DNA of 45,653 bases, taken from a virus. Position numbers and translations under genes: made by a program. The DNA lies in the IMG/VR virus record IMGVR_UViG_3300045988_115079, one strand, 5' to 3'. The notes beneath the pieces were generated by a model, which saw nothing but the letters and a program-made list of their open reading frames with translations, ran no database searches and was not told the origin of the DNA. Below are positions 32,273-40,542 of this stretch, one piece after another (position 1 is the first letter of the stretch; each line of letters starts with the position of its first letter).

Positions 32273-32731
32273 ATGTCATTGACTGTCCTATTGTTGATCG
32301 CTGTGCTGGCGCTGATTCCATGCGCCGCACAGCCGCGCCGGAGTGGTTCCGGGAAATCGCGTCAGCGCGTGGCGCGCATTCGCATTCGTCCATCCACGCG
32401 CGCCGCGCCGATGGATGAAACCGCCGCCGAGGATATGCAGGAAACCATTAACGCATTCGCCGAGTACGGCATAGCATTGACACAGCGCGCAGATTTCGCC
32501 GCGAAAGAATCCGACAGAGCGCGCAGGAATGCGGACATTCTGCGCGTTGAACTGGATTCCGAAGCGCTGACGTACAAGAAGCGTCAAACACTAGAAAAGC
32601 GGCTAGCCGCCGCCGAGCGTGCAGAGGTAAAGAACAACGCGGACGCAATGCGCCTGTACGCGCAAGCGCAAGTGCAATATGCAAAGGCGCGGAAAACGGA
32701 AGAAAAGGCGCGCAATAGCGCCTGTATATAA
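32273..32731 (+). CDS. Exported or membrane-anchored coiled-coil protein (152 aa)
   Basis: ATG 32273 after AAAGGAGGAAAAC. N-terminus MSLTVLLLIAVLALIPCAAQ is a signal/anchor, possibly a lipoprotein Cys. The rest is charged and helical. Confidence 0.6.
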   Translation: MSLTVLLLIAVLALIPCAAQPRRSGSGKSRQRVARIRIRPSTRAAPMDETAAEDMQETINAFAEYGIALTQRADFAAKESDRARRNADILRVELDSEALTYKKRQTLEKRLAAAERAEVKNNADAMRLYAQAQVQYAKARKTEEKARNSACI

Positions 32732-32745
32732 GGAGGTATATAAAT

Positions 32746-32949
32746 ATGGCATATTTTCCAGAAGCAGACAAGAGATATAAGAAGACAAACGTATCACGTG
32801 TTCTGATATCGCTGTATGCGAACACAGACAAAGATATTATTGCATTAATCGATGAAATGAATCAGAAAAAGCAAAGCAAACAAGCCTATATAAAACGCCT
32901 AATCCGTGAAGATATGGCGCGCCGCGCAAAGGAAGAACCGGGGGAATAA
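32746..32949 (+). CDS. Ribbon-helix-helix (CopG/Arc-like) DNA-binding protein
   Basis: Beta strand SRVLISLY, helix DKDIIALIDEM, helix SKQAYIKRLIREDM. RBS AAGGAGGT. Confidence 0.55.
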   Translation: MAYFPEADKRYKKTNVSRVLISLYANTDKDIIALIDEMNQKKQSKQAYIKRLIREDMARRAKEEPGE

Positions 32950-32967
32950 CCCCCGGTTCTGTTTTTT
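32936..32967 (+). terminator. Rho-independent terminator closing the plus-strand cassette
   Basis: aaccggggg-aataa-cccccggtt followed by ctgtttttt. It abuts the stop of the convergent gene 32966..33457. Confidence 0.85.
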
Positions 32968-33457
32968 ATGCCGTTTCATTATTCGATAGCGATTTGCCTA
33001 CATTGTACAGCGCGCGGCCGTGCAGATGGTACGCGGTATCTAATTCGATTCCCAAATCAGCCGCGATCCGCGGGAACGTCCAGCCCAGCACATAGCGCCG
33101 CTGCATGACTTCGCGCTGTCGGTCGGAATGCAGTCCATCAATAATCTGCATCACAGATTCGACCGATTCCGCATACAGCTTCACGCGATCGCGCAATTTA
33201 TCATTCAAATCTATCAGCCGCGCGGTAGCGTCCGCGCGTTTATCGCCGTTGAATCCGGTCGGGCTGGTCGTCACCTCGCGCAGTGTGGACGTGATCCGCG
33301 TACGCATGGCGTGCAGCCGCTCCATTTCCTCCAGAATGGCGGCGATTTCGCGCTCTTTCCATAGAACTTCGGATAATACGATCTTCGCCTTTTCCGAATA
33401 CGGATTCGACGGCTTGCGGTGCAATATAATTCGTTTATCTTTCTGCCTTACTTCCAT
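32966..33457 (-). CDS. Late-gene transcriptional activator candidate (sigma region-4-like; DUF1492/RinA/ArpU-type)
   Basis: C-terminus LHSDRQREVMQRRYVLGWTFPRIAADLGIELDTAYHLHGRAL. Last regulator-type gene before the packaging module. Confidence 0.6.
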   Translation of the reverse strand: MEVRQKDKRIILHRKPSNPYSEKAKIVLSEVLWKEREIAAILEEMERLHAMRTRITSTLREVTTSPTGFNGDKRADATARLIDLNDKLRDRVKLYAESVESVMQIIDGLHSDRQREVMQRRYVLGWTFPRIAADLGIELDTAYHLHGRALYNVGKSLSNNETA

Positions 33458-33492
33458 TCGCTCACCCCTATTAAATCGCCCTGTAACGGGCT

Positions 33493-33636
33493 TTATTCGT
33501 CCTCGGACGTTCTGCCCAGCAGGGCTATAATGCCGTGCATAATGCCTTTCAGCGTGCCTGTAATCACATTGTACACGGCAACAGCCGCCGCCAGCGCAAG
33601 CCCCACCTTAACGCCGAACAGGATTGCATTAATCAT
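33493..33636 (-). CDS. Small membrane protein (47 aa), not in the ORF track
   Basis: MINAILFGVKVGLALAAAVAVYNVITGTLKGIMHGIIALLGRTSEDE. GGAGGA 8 nt upstream. The start overlaps the end of the upstream gene. Confidence 0.5.
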   Translation of the reverse strand: MINAILFGVKVGLALAAAVAVYNVITGTLKGIMHGIIALLGRTSEDE

Positions 33637-34114
33637 CTTCATCATCCTCCATCAGCTCCGCCAAATCAATGCCGAACGCATTGCACAGTCCTTCCATGAT
33701 TCCCTTTGCTTTCTGCCCGATTTCTGCGCCCATCTCCTTAAAATCCCTTTCTGTGCTTTCTGCATTTTTTGCGGGTGCTTTCTGCGTCTTGCCGCGCGAA
33801 ACCAGCCGTTCTGCCATCCTTTCGCGCTTATCGCCCATGATCTTGTACATCTTGCTGATTTGGGTAGCGTTCAAATCCAGCCTTGAAATTCCGGTCATAA
33901 CGAACACATCTGCCAATTCTTCGATGTAATGATCCATTGCGTCTTCCAGCTTCTCCGGCGTTTCGCCGTTCTGCGCCCGCACAACCTTCAATGCCGCCTG
34001 CGCCAGTTCTGCGCATTCCTCGGCCAGTTGGCGATACAGGTAATCACGCTTGCAATTCTTGCGCATGATGGCTAACAAATCGCGTGTTGACAAGTCTTTC
34101 TGCGACTTTTCCAT
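33629..34114 (-). CDS. MazG-like nucleotide pyrophosphohydrolase
   Basis: Motifs LAEECAELAQA ... HYIEELADVFVM (EExxE / EExxD metal-binding helices of all-alpha NTP-PPases). Confidence 0.6.
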   Translation of the reverse strand: MEKSQKDLSTRDLLAIMRKNCKRDYLYRQLAEECAELAQAALKVVRAQNGETPEKLEDAMDHYIEELADVFVMTGISRLDLNATQISKMYKIMGDKRERMAERLVSRGKTQKAPAKNAESTERDFKEMGAEIGQKAKGIMEGLCNAFGIDLAELMEDDEDD

Positions 34115-34115
34115 A

Positions 34116-34319
34116 TTATTTCTCCCTTCTCTTGTCGTGCAGATAGTAATACTGAATCATGATATCCACCACATGCTTTGCGGTTTCTGCGCTGGCAATG
34201 TTGGTTTTTAACAGCTTTTCGCCGTCCATAATATCCCACGTTTCGCGCGCATGATTCAGCGCGGTCGGATGCCGCGCATGAATGATGGTATAGCCGCGGT
34301 AATTGAATGACGTGCCCAT
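34116..34319 (-). CDS. Hypothetical 67-aa protein
   Basis: Packed ORF with GGAGGAAAAT upstream. Confidence 0.55.
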   Translation of the reverse strand: MGTSFNYRGYTIIHARHPTALNHARETWDIMDGEKLLKTNIASAETAKHVVDIMIQYYYLHDKRREK

Positions 34320-34331
34320 TATTTTCCTCCG

Positions 34332-35129
34332 TTAATTCGTGATATAGCCCTTCAGCATTTCGCTTCGCGCCTTCTGGTAGAAATTCCGGTCGATTTCGAA
34401 TCCGTATGCGTTTCTGCCCAATTCTGCCGCCGCGCGCAATGTACTGCCGCTTCCGGCGCAGGGATCGATTACCGTATCGCCCGCGTCCGTGAAGATTTCT
34501 ATCAGCCGTTTCAGCAGATTGACGGGCTTCTGCGTCGGATGAATCGACGGAATTTCCTTCCCATCCCGCCGCCAGTTGAACCAGTTGAAAATCATCGCGC
34601 CGTTGTTATTGAACTTCGGTAGCTTATCACGGTAAAGCACTACCGCATATTCCATCGCACCGACAATCTTCATATTGGCTTTCAGCACCTGTGCGGAATA
34701 GTTCTTGCAAAAGAACAGCGGACAGGATTTTACGAACCCGTATTTCTGCCCGTATTCGATCACGGTTTGAATCTGTTCGAACGCACAGAATACAATCATC
34801 GCCGGTGCTTTCCCGCGCTCTTTCGGCTCTTTTTTTAACAGTCTGTTGCAGAAATGCATGTATTCCGCGATTTTGAAATTCCCGTCTGTGTTGAAAAATG
34901 CCTTGCGCGCATTGCCGCTTTCGCCGTTTTTGTTGTCGCCGCCGACATACCATGTAGGATTGCTGGCGTATGCGTCCGCGCCGATGTTGTAGGGAATATC
35001 CGCGATCACCAATTGCGCCTTCGGAATGCTGTAACCCTTGAAGTTCTGAAAATTGTCGCGGTACAGTTCGCATCGCGTTCTGCGTTCGACCGGCGCTTCT
35101 GCGCCGTTGATATAGTCCAGCAGCGTCAT
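34332..35129 (-). CDS. DNA methyltransferase (beta-class N6-adenine/N4-cytosine), no cognate endonuclease nearby
   Basis: Motif IV-like DIPYNIG precedes TQKP...LLKRLIEIFTDAGDTVIDPCAGSGST (motif I). Confidence 0.85.
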   Translation of the reverse strand: MTLLDYINGAEAPVERRTRCELYRDNFQNFKGYSIPKAQLVIADIPYNIGADAYASNPTWYVGGDNKNGESGNARKAFFNTDGNFKIAEYMHFCNRLLKKEPKERGKAPAMIVFCAFEQIQTVIEYGQKYGFVKSCPLFFCKNYSAQVLKANMKIVGAMEYAVVLYRDKLPKFNNNGAMIFNWFNWRRDGKEIPSIHPTQKPVNLLKRLIEIFTDAGDTVIDPCAGSGSTLRAAAELGRNAYGFEIDRNFYQKARSEMLKGYITN

Positions 35130-35614
35130 ATATATTCTCCTATGTTGCAGCGTGCCGCCACATCGCGATAATCGCAGATTCCGTCCTTGCGCAGCGTCTC
35201 GGGCGGGGCGATTCGCATCAATACCTTCCGCATCGCGCAGCCCTTGGATTCGGCGGGGTTCTTCAGGCAGATCGCGCAGCAGCCCTCCATCGCGCGGTTG
35301 ATCAGGAACCGCAGATCATCGTTGTCCACCACCTGGCTATATGCGCCCTTGGTCAGCGCGGGCTTCGGACGAATCACCACCTCGCCGACCGCGCATAGCC
35401 GCGCCATGTGGCGAATCGTCTTTTCAGGAAGGGTATCATATACCGCATCGATCACCTTTTCGGTCATTTTCAATGCCAATCTGTAATTGCGCCATCCGTT
35501 CGGGATGGATTGCAGCCGTTCTTTCAATGCTTGCTCGTTGGCGTTCAACTGCGCATCCAGACCGGCGAGAAACTCAATCGCGTGGACTTCTCTTGCGTTC
35601 GGTTCTGTAATCAT
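35126..35614 (-). CDS. Hypothetical protein (162 aa) with Cys cluster
   Basis: ATG 35614 after AAAGGA. The track start at 35635 has no RBS. Confidence 0.55.
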   Translation of the reverse strand: MITEPNAREVHAIEFLAGLDAQLNANEQALKERLQSIPNGWRNYRLALKMTEKVIDAVYDTLPEKTIRHMARLCAVGEVVIRPKPALTKGAYSQVVDNDDLRFLINRAMEGCCAICLKNPAESKGCAMRKVLMRIAPPETLRKDGICDYRDVAARCNIGEYI

Positions 35615-35649
35615 GATATATTCCTTTCTGCGCATCTGCGCATTTCAGG

Positions 35650-36201
35650 TTATAGCTTCCTGTAAGCTTCAAGCGCCTTTCTGTACGCTTCTGTTTCTGC
35701 ATATCCGCACGGATTCATTTCCGGACAGAAGCCGCGATAGACGCATTCTGGCACCATCACGGACGCAAGCACCGGATCGATCTTCTGCACCTCGTCGCGC
35801 ACCTGCATCCATGCTTCGCGGGTTTCCTGCGCCGCCTGTCGGCATAGGCGCTTTCGGCTGATATTGATTAGTGCCTGTGCATCCGCTTCGCACATATGAT
35901 TGACCGGCGCATTCTGCGGCAGTTGGTCGCGTTCGATTCCGGTTCTGTCAGTTCGCTGAGTAGATACCCAATGTTCGATCCCGATCTTGTGCCGCACGAA
36001 ATGCGTTGATACCCAATATGGAAGATCTTTCCATCGCCACGTGAACCGTATAATTCGAATTGGTGAATGCTCCGCAAGCAGGATCGATTTCATCCAGCGT
36101 TCGGAAGGATATGCCCCTACTTCATCTTTTCCGATGGTGTTTCGCGAAATAAGTTTTACACACCACCATTCGCCACCACTATGCTTCATTCTATCAATCA
36201 T
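35650..36201 (-). CDS. ThyX-like (flavin-dependent thymidylate synthase-like) protein, short and divergent
   Basis: FVRHKIGIEHWVSTQRTDR resembles the ThyX RHRxxSxxxxSxR motif, but with K for R and a one-residue register shift. Only 183 aa. Confidence 0.45.
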   Translation of the reverse strand: MIDRMKHSGGEWWCVKLISRNTIGKDEVGAYPSERWMKSILLAEHSPIRIIRFTWRWKDLPYWVSTHFVRHKIGIEHWVSTQRTDRTGIERDQLPQNAPVNHMCEADAQALINISRKRLCRQAAQETREAWMQVRDEVQKIDPVLASVMVPECVYRGFCPEMNPCGYAETEAYRKALEAYRKL

Positions 36202-36353
36202 ATCTTGATCACCTTGTATTCATTCGCACATTCCATAGCTACAATTTTCGCTATATTACATTCAGTCATTGTAGCAAACATCGATACAACGTAACATTGC
36301 GCCTTCTCCTGAAACTTCTTTATCGCCGCTTCGCGACTGATTAAATCACTCAT
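36198..36353 (-). CDS. Small protein (51 aa), not in the ORF track; N-terminus is paralogous to the next gene
   Basis: MSDLISREAAIKKFQEKAQCYVV... shares (S/N)DLISREAA with 36356..36634. ATGA overlap with the ThyX-like start. Confidence 0.5.
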   Translation of the reverse strand: MSDLISREAAIKKFQEKAQCYVVSMFATMTECNIAKIVAMECANEYKVIKI

Positions 36354-36355
36354 GA

Positions 36356-36634
36356 TTACTCAACCTCATTACTAAATCTCTTTCCAACACAGCAGAAACC
36401 GTCATGCTTTCCGCAGAATTCGAACACCTGTTCTGTCGAGCACCTGTCGTGCATTATGCAGTCTTTGCAACGCACCACGGGAACCGCATCAACGCTGAGC
36501 ACAGCATCAACGGCAATGATCGCGTTGTCAATCAGGCATGAACTGCATCTTACACCGTTGTAGTTGTCACAGCCGTTGCAATAGCTCTCGATTGCGCCCA
36601 GTGCAGCTTCTCGGCTAATCAGATCATTACTCAT
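36356..36634 (-). CDS. Cys-rich small protein (92 aa)
   Basis: ATG 36634 overlaps the upstream stop (TAATG) after GGAGGAG. Translation starts MSNDLISREAALGAIESYCNGCDNYNGVRCSSC. Confidence 0.6.
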   Translation of the reverse strand: MSNDLISREAALGAIESYCNGCDNYNGVRCSSCLIDNAIIAVDAVLSVDAVPVVRCKDCIMHDRCSTEQVFEFCGKHDGFCCVGKRFSNEVE

Positions 36635-37521
36635 TACTGTTTCTCCTCCCACGGAAATTCCTGCCGGAAATCCGCGCCCATCAGATCGCGCAGAGATTCC
36701 TTCATGAATACCTTCACGCCTGTAATCTGCGCAGCTTCAACAATGTTTTCCACCCATTCCCGCTTTGGGGTAATCTTGCCTTTGCGATTGCCCGTTTCTG
36801 CGCCGATGATCGTCCATCTATCGTTGCCAAAAGAGCCTATCCCCATGTCCAAATACTCTGTAAGCGGCTCGATCGATGTGAAGGTGTTCCAAGTATTCCC
36901 GCAGCGGAAGCACTCTGCTTTCCGATTGTCAATTGTGCTGCCAAACCACCAGTTGTCACGAATTGGAAGACGCATCACTTCAACATATTCTTCCGTTTTT
37001 GGATGTACCTGACTGTCCGGGTGGTCAACGTTCCACAGGAAGATCTTGGTCGCAATCGCCATTCTGCAAAGTCGTTTCGGGTTTTTGGTTAGAAAAATGT
37101 ACCTGTGCCACGGCGCAGCGTCGCAAGCCGCGAACACCTGCTCGATCCACTCGTCCGGCACCCAATCGCCGAACAGGTCTGCCATGCTGCACACGAAAAT
37201 GTTACGCGGCTTCTTCCAGTGCTGCGGCTCGTCCAGTTTGTAGCGGTGGAAGGTGGGGTCAAAGCAGAACGGATAAGGTGCCTTTGTGATCTTCCCGCTT
37301 TTCCACTCGCGCATAGCGGGCTTTTCCAGCACATGATTTTCGCCTGTTCCTTCATACAGATCGCATTCATAGCCGTTTTCGGTGTTGATCTCCGTTCCGA
37401 CGCTCCCAAACCTCTCTGCAATTCTCCGCGCATAGCAGTATTCGCAGCCATGCAGACAGCCGGTGACCGGATTCCATGTAGCATCGCACCAGTCGATTTT
37501 AGTCTTATTCCCCATATTCAT
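36634..37521 (-). CDS. Phage Gp37/Gp68 family protein (DUF5131)
   Basis: N-terminus KIDWCDATWNPVTGCLHGCEYCYARRIAERFG is the family signature. Confidence 0.8.
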   Translation of the reverse strand: MNMGNKTKIDWCDATWNPVTGCLHGCEYCYARRIAERFGSVGTEINTENGYECDLYEGTGENHVLEKPAMREWKSGKITKAPYPFCFDPTFHRYKLDEPQHWKKPRNIFVCSMADLFGDWVPDEWIEQVFAACDAAPWHRYIFLTKNPKRLCRMAIATKIFLWNVDHPDSQVHPKTEEYVEVMRLPIRDNWWFGSTIDNRKAECFRCGNTWNTFTSIEPLTEYLDMGIGSFGNDRWTIIGAETGNRKGKITPKREWVENIVEAAQITGVKVFMKESLRDLMGADFRQEFPWEEKQ

Positions 37522-37895
37522 CCTCCAAATTCATTCATGCCATTGAACAATTGCAGCAATGTATAATCTCTCTCGGCCTCCCTGTATGCTTGATGACCGT
37601 TCCGCACAATCTTATTGACCCTCGTACTGCTTCCGTATACTCTCTTTGCCAGCGCAGCTGTAAAGCCATGGTAAGGGTTGAATACAGTCCCCTCCATCGT
37701 CTTGACGACCGTCTTCGTATCATCACCCCAGAATACAATTGTAGCTGGAGGGTTGAAGATGATCTTTACAGGATGGTAGGGATTCGCGCAGTTACAGCGC
37801 ATCGGTATCTCTTTGCCATCTATAGCTGTTTGTCTGGAAACTGATAATGCAGCGCCTAAGCTTTTAGGCAGTATTGCTTGCTTAAAATGACTCAT
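37518..37895 (-). CDS. Hypothetical protein (125 aa)
   Basis: Packed ORF with overlapping stop/start. Confidence 0.55.
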   Translation of the reverse strand: MSHFKQAILPKSLGAALSVSRQTAIDGKEIPMRCNCANPYHPVKIIFNPPATIVFWGDDTKTVVKTMEGTVFNPYHGFTAALAKRVYGSSTRVNKIVRNGHQAYREAERDYTLLQLFNGMNEFGG

Positions 37896-38138
37896 CTATT
37901 CATCCTCCATTTCATCTTCCGGCACGTGGTATAAATCGGCGTACTGTCGCTGAATATCCACAATATCGTAATCCGAACTGCATTTATCCTCGATGATCCT
38001 GCGCAGGTTAGCATCCGCATCTGTAATCAGCCATTTTTTCAATTTGTCAATTGAATAGTCAATTGAATATCCCTTTGTCCAATCGTCTGGATAGTTAAAA
38101 TCAATCGTGACCGTCGCAACATATCGACCTTTAATCAT
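37896..38138 (-). CDS. Hypothetical protein (80 aa)
   Basis: ATG 38138 after GGAGGAGGAGGAACACC. ATGATTAA overlap with the upstream stop. Confidence 0.55.
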   Translation of the reverse strand: MIKGRYVATVTIDFNYPDDWTKGYSIDYSIDKLKKWLITDADANLRRIIEDKCSSDYDIVDIQRQYADLYHVPEDEMEDE

Positions 38139-38526
38139 GGTGTTCCTCCTCCTCCGGTAGTTCGGGCAGCGGCATCCAGTGGGTGACATCATAATATTTG
38201 GGTGGTATATCCTCCCAATGCCCATCCGCAAAATAACTCATCGCTATGTCTGCGTATACGTCTGTGGGATTATAGCTATGGATTACTCGCACCAAGGCTC
38301 TTAAACTGTTCTCCGGCAACCGCTCCTTCGCACTGATCCAGCACGGCTGCTGCTCTTCGAGCTGCTGGATGGCTTCGGCCGCGTCCAGAGCTACGTCAAA
38401 CATCTTGCAAGTTCCACCGGGCCGATTGCATCCGTTCGGCTCCCCCTCATACGGGCAATGCCCGCACGTCGTTTCAACATCAGTCAACGCCAGCTTGATT
38501 GCTATGATATCTTCAGGTGTCTTCAT
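38131..38526 (-). CDS. DUF551-domain protein with N-terminal Cys cluster
   Basis: C-terminus WISAKERLPE...VTHWMPLPELP matches the DUF551 pattern. Confidence 0.6.
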   Translation of the reverse strand: MKTPEDIIAIKLALTDVETTCGHCPYEGEPNGCNRPGGTCKMFDVALDAAEAIQQLEEQQPCWISAKERLPENSLRALVRVIHSYNPTDVYADIAMSYFADGHWEDIPPKYYDVTHWMPLPELPEEEEHHD

Positions 38527-38701
38527 GGCTTGCCTCCAATACTACAATTCTATTTCTGCACATTGGGCATTCTACGTATACTTTATCGACTGCCGCAGTA
38601 TACAAATGCTTTATATCCGCATAGGTATATTCCAGTTCCGCACCACAGAACCAACAGGATGCCTTTTCGGGCTTTATGCTACCATATGAAATGATCTTCA
38701 T
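38513..38701 (-). CDS. Small zinc-ribbon-like protein (62 aa)
   Basis: CWFCGA...CPMCRN. ATG 38701 after GGAGGA, with ATGA overlap. Confidence 0.55.
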   Translation of the reverse strand: MKIISYGSIKPEKASCWFCGAELEYTYADIKHLYTAAVDKVYVECPMCRNRIVVLEASHEDT

Positions 38702-38973
38702 TGTTTCGTCCTCCATTCTGCTTCAAGTTCGGCAATCCTAAGCGCAATATCAACAGGGACAGGAATAGCATCAATCAATGCTTTGACGGTATATCTGAAT
38801 GCCTTAGATTTAGGCGCGAACTGTTCCTCATATGCAATAGCATCTTGCGCAAGCTCCCCGACGCAAAGTAGCGATCCCGTTCCAGTAAAGTACGGGCAAT
38901 CATCGCAGGTATCGCTATTTCCGGCAACCATGCAGCACTCCAGCCCATGCATGATTTCATCTAGCGTTTTCAT
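38698..38973 (-). CDS. Cys-rich hypothetical protein (91 aa)
   Basis: Packed ORF; contains GLECCMVAGNSDTCDDCPYF. Confidence 0.55.
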   Translation of the reverse strand: MKTLDEIMHGLECCMVAGNSDTCDDCPYFTGTGSLLCVGELAQDAIAYEEQFAPKSKAFRYTVKALIDAIPVPVDIALRIAELEAEWRTKQ

Positions 38974-39118
38974 TCGCTATTCCTCCATTCCATTCCTCAC
39001 CGGCAACATGCCATTCGTACCCGTCATCCGGAAGTTCAACCTCAACGGTCTTGAACATATGCGTATACTGTTCTTGCGCTGTCTGGGTATACGCTTGCAT
39101 CACTACCTTGATTCGCAT
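38957..39118 (-). CDS. Small hypothetical protein (53 aa), not in the ORF track
   Basis: ATG 39118 after GAAGGAGGGA. Translation starts MRIKVVMQAYTQTAQEQYTHMFKTVEVELPDDGYEWHVAGEEW. Confidence 0.45.
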   Translation of the reverse strand: MRIKVVMQAYTQTAQEQYTHMFKTVEVELPDDGYEWHVAGEEWNGGIANENAR

Positions 39119-39122
39119 AAAC

Positions 39123-39482
39123 TCATCCCTCCTTCGGCTTTATCCCCAGCTTCTCCGCGATTTCGGCGGGGATATGATCTCTCCGGCATTCCGCGCACGT
39201 CTTCTCTCTGGCTGCGCCGGGATTCGGGCAGGTTACGCCAAACGCCATCGGGCATATCCCGCGCTTATGATTCGGGAACATCTCAATCTGGAATTCGGCC
39301 CAACTCGGGTACTTCGCCGCTTCCCACTGCGCCACGCGCCGCTCGATTTCTTCCTCGGACAGGCCCGGCGTGCCCGTCGTCACGCCGCACGCGATATCAT
39401 TCATCATGATGCAGCCTTCGCACTCTTTGCGTTCATTGCACAGCTCGCGGATTTTTCGCATCACTTCCACAAATTCGGCCAT
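39123..39482 (-). CDS. Cys-rich hypothetical protein (119 aa)
   Basis: ATG 39482 after AGGAGGGCTGAAA. This RBS/start junction is duplicated at 39707..39730. Confidence 0.55.
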   Translation of the reverse strand: MAEFVEVMRKIRELCNERKECEGCIMMNDIACGVTTGTPGLSEEEIERRVAQWEAAKYPSWAEFQIEMFPNHKRGICPMAFGVTCPNPGAAREKTCAECRRDHIPAEIAEKLGIKPKEG

Positions 39483-39711
39483 TTTCAGCCCTCCTGTTCC
39501 ACGCTTTGATGCATTCATCATAGCCGTTCTCTTTGAATACTACTGTTCCACCCCTGAGTACGAATAGACTTTCGTATGAAAAGCCAATACTGCATGTTCT
39601 GCAATTAATTGTGTATCGTGCAGTGTATTGCCCGTGATTATTGTGTCCTGTGCCCGATTGCCAGATTTCCGGCTTTGCCCCGCAGAACGGGCAGGGCTTC
39701 AATTCAGCCAT
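39433..39711 (-). CDS. lar: Lar-family restriction alleviation protein, paralogue 2 (C-terminally extended)
   Basis: MAELKPCPFCGAKPE...CIKAWNRRAENG, then a 14-aa extension because the stop present in paralogue 1 is changed here (TGA to CGA). Confidence 0.65.
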   Translation of the reverse strand: MAELKPCPFCGAKPEIWQSGTGHNNHGQYTARYTINCRTCSIGFSYESLFVLRGGTVVFKENGYDECIKAWNRRAENGRICGSDAKNPRAVQ

Positions 39712-39907
39712 TTTCAGCCCTCCTGTTCCATGCTTCGACTGCTTCGCCCATAGTCGCATAAAAAACACCGAATACCCAATGCGCAGACGCAATGCATTTT
39801 TTCGCGCCGTTACCACACGCTACATAATATCGCGGCGACGTGCTCTGTTTGAGCTGCATCACATGAGCAATGTTCCCGCAGAACGGGCAAGATTTAAGTT
39901 CAATCAT
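39704..39907 (-). CDS. lar: Lar-family restriction alleviation protein, paralogue 1
   Basis: MIELKSCPFCGNIAH...AVEAWNRRAENG. Confidence 0.65.
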   Translation of the reverse strand: MIELKSCPFCGNIAHVMQLKQSTSPRYYVACGNGAKKCIASAHWVFGVFYATMGEAVEAWNRRAENG

Positions 39908-40127
39908 GTGACGTTCCTTCTTTCGGCAATTTTTGAATGATTGCAACAATTTCATTGGTATCGATATACAGAATGTGCAGATCACTATTTAGGCTATATT
40001 CTAGTTTGGTTATGCATCCTAACACATTGTTACTTGTGACCTCAAATTTTTCGCAATGCATCACGATCGATCTCCCGTTCTTCAGGATGATTTCGACTTC
40101 GGTTTTATTTTCATTCATCATGTTCAT
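39900..40127 (-). CDS. Hypothetical protein (75 aa), AT-rich gene
   Basis: Packed ORF. Confidence 0.5.
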   Translation of the reverse strand: MNMMNENKTEVEIILKNGRSIVMHCEKFEVTSNNVLGCITKLEYSLNSDLHILYIDTNEIVAIIQKLPKEGTSHD

Positions 40128-40542
40128 CCTCCATCAAATCTATTACTGCAGGTTTTAAAAGCGCCACAATCTCCTTGAAAATCGCTCGTAATTGAATTTG
40201 TTCATCAGGAATTACCAGTCCCGAATTCCACCACTTCACATCTCCCTTTTTTTTATATACATTATCAATCAATTCCTTCACGGTGATTCCATGCAGCGCT
40301 TCGATATCCTGTTCTTGATTTTTAATGTATGCGTGAAAATACTTTGTGCAGTGAGAGTTTATCAACATTCCGTAGAATGTTCCGTCATCGTTCATCCACG
40401 CGTACCGGTTCGCCAGATACACGTACGATAAGATATTGCCATCCAGCATGTCGCTTGTAACGACGAAAAAATTATGAATCAACGTAATTAAAACCGTGTT
40501 TCCGCCAAATTCATACTTCACCGTCTTGATTTGCTCATTCAT
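40111..40542 (-). CDS. Hypothetical protein (143 aa), AT-rich gene
   Basis: Packed ORF. Confidence 0.55.
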   Translation of the reverse strand: MNEQIKTVKYEFGGNTVLITLIHNFFVVTSDMLDGNILSYVYLANRYAWMNDDGTFYGMLINSHCTKYFHAYIKNQEQDIEALHGITVKELIDNVYKKKGDVKWWNSGLVIPDEQIQLRAIFKEIVALLKPAVIDLMEDEHDE

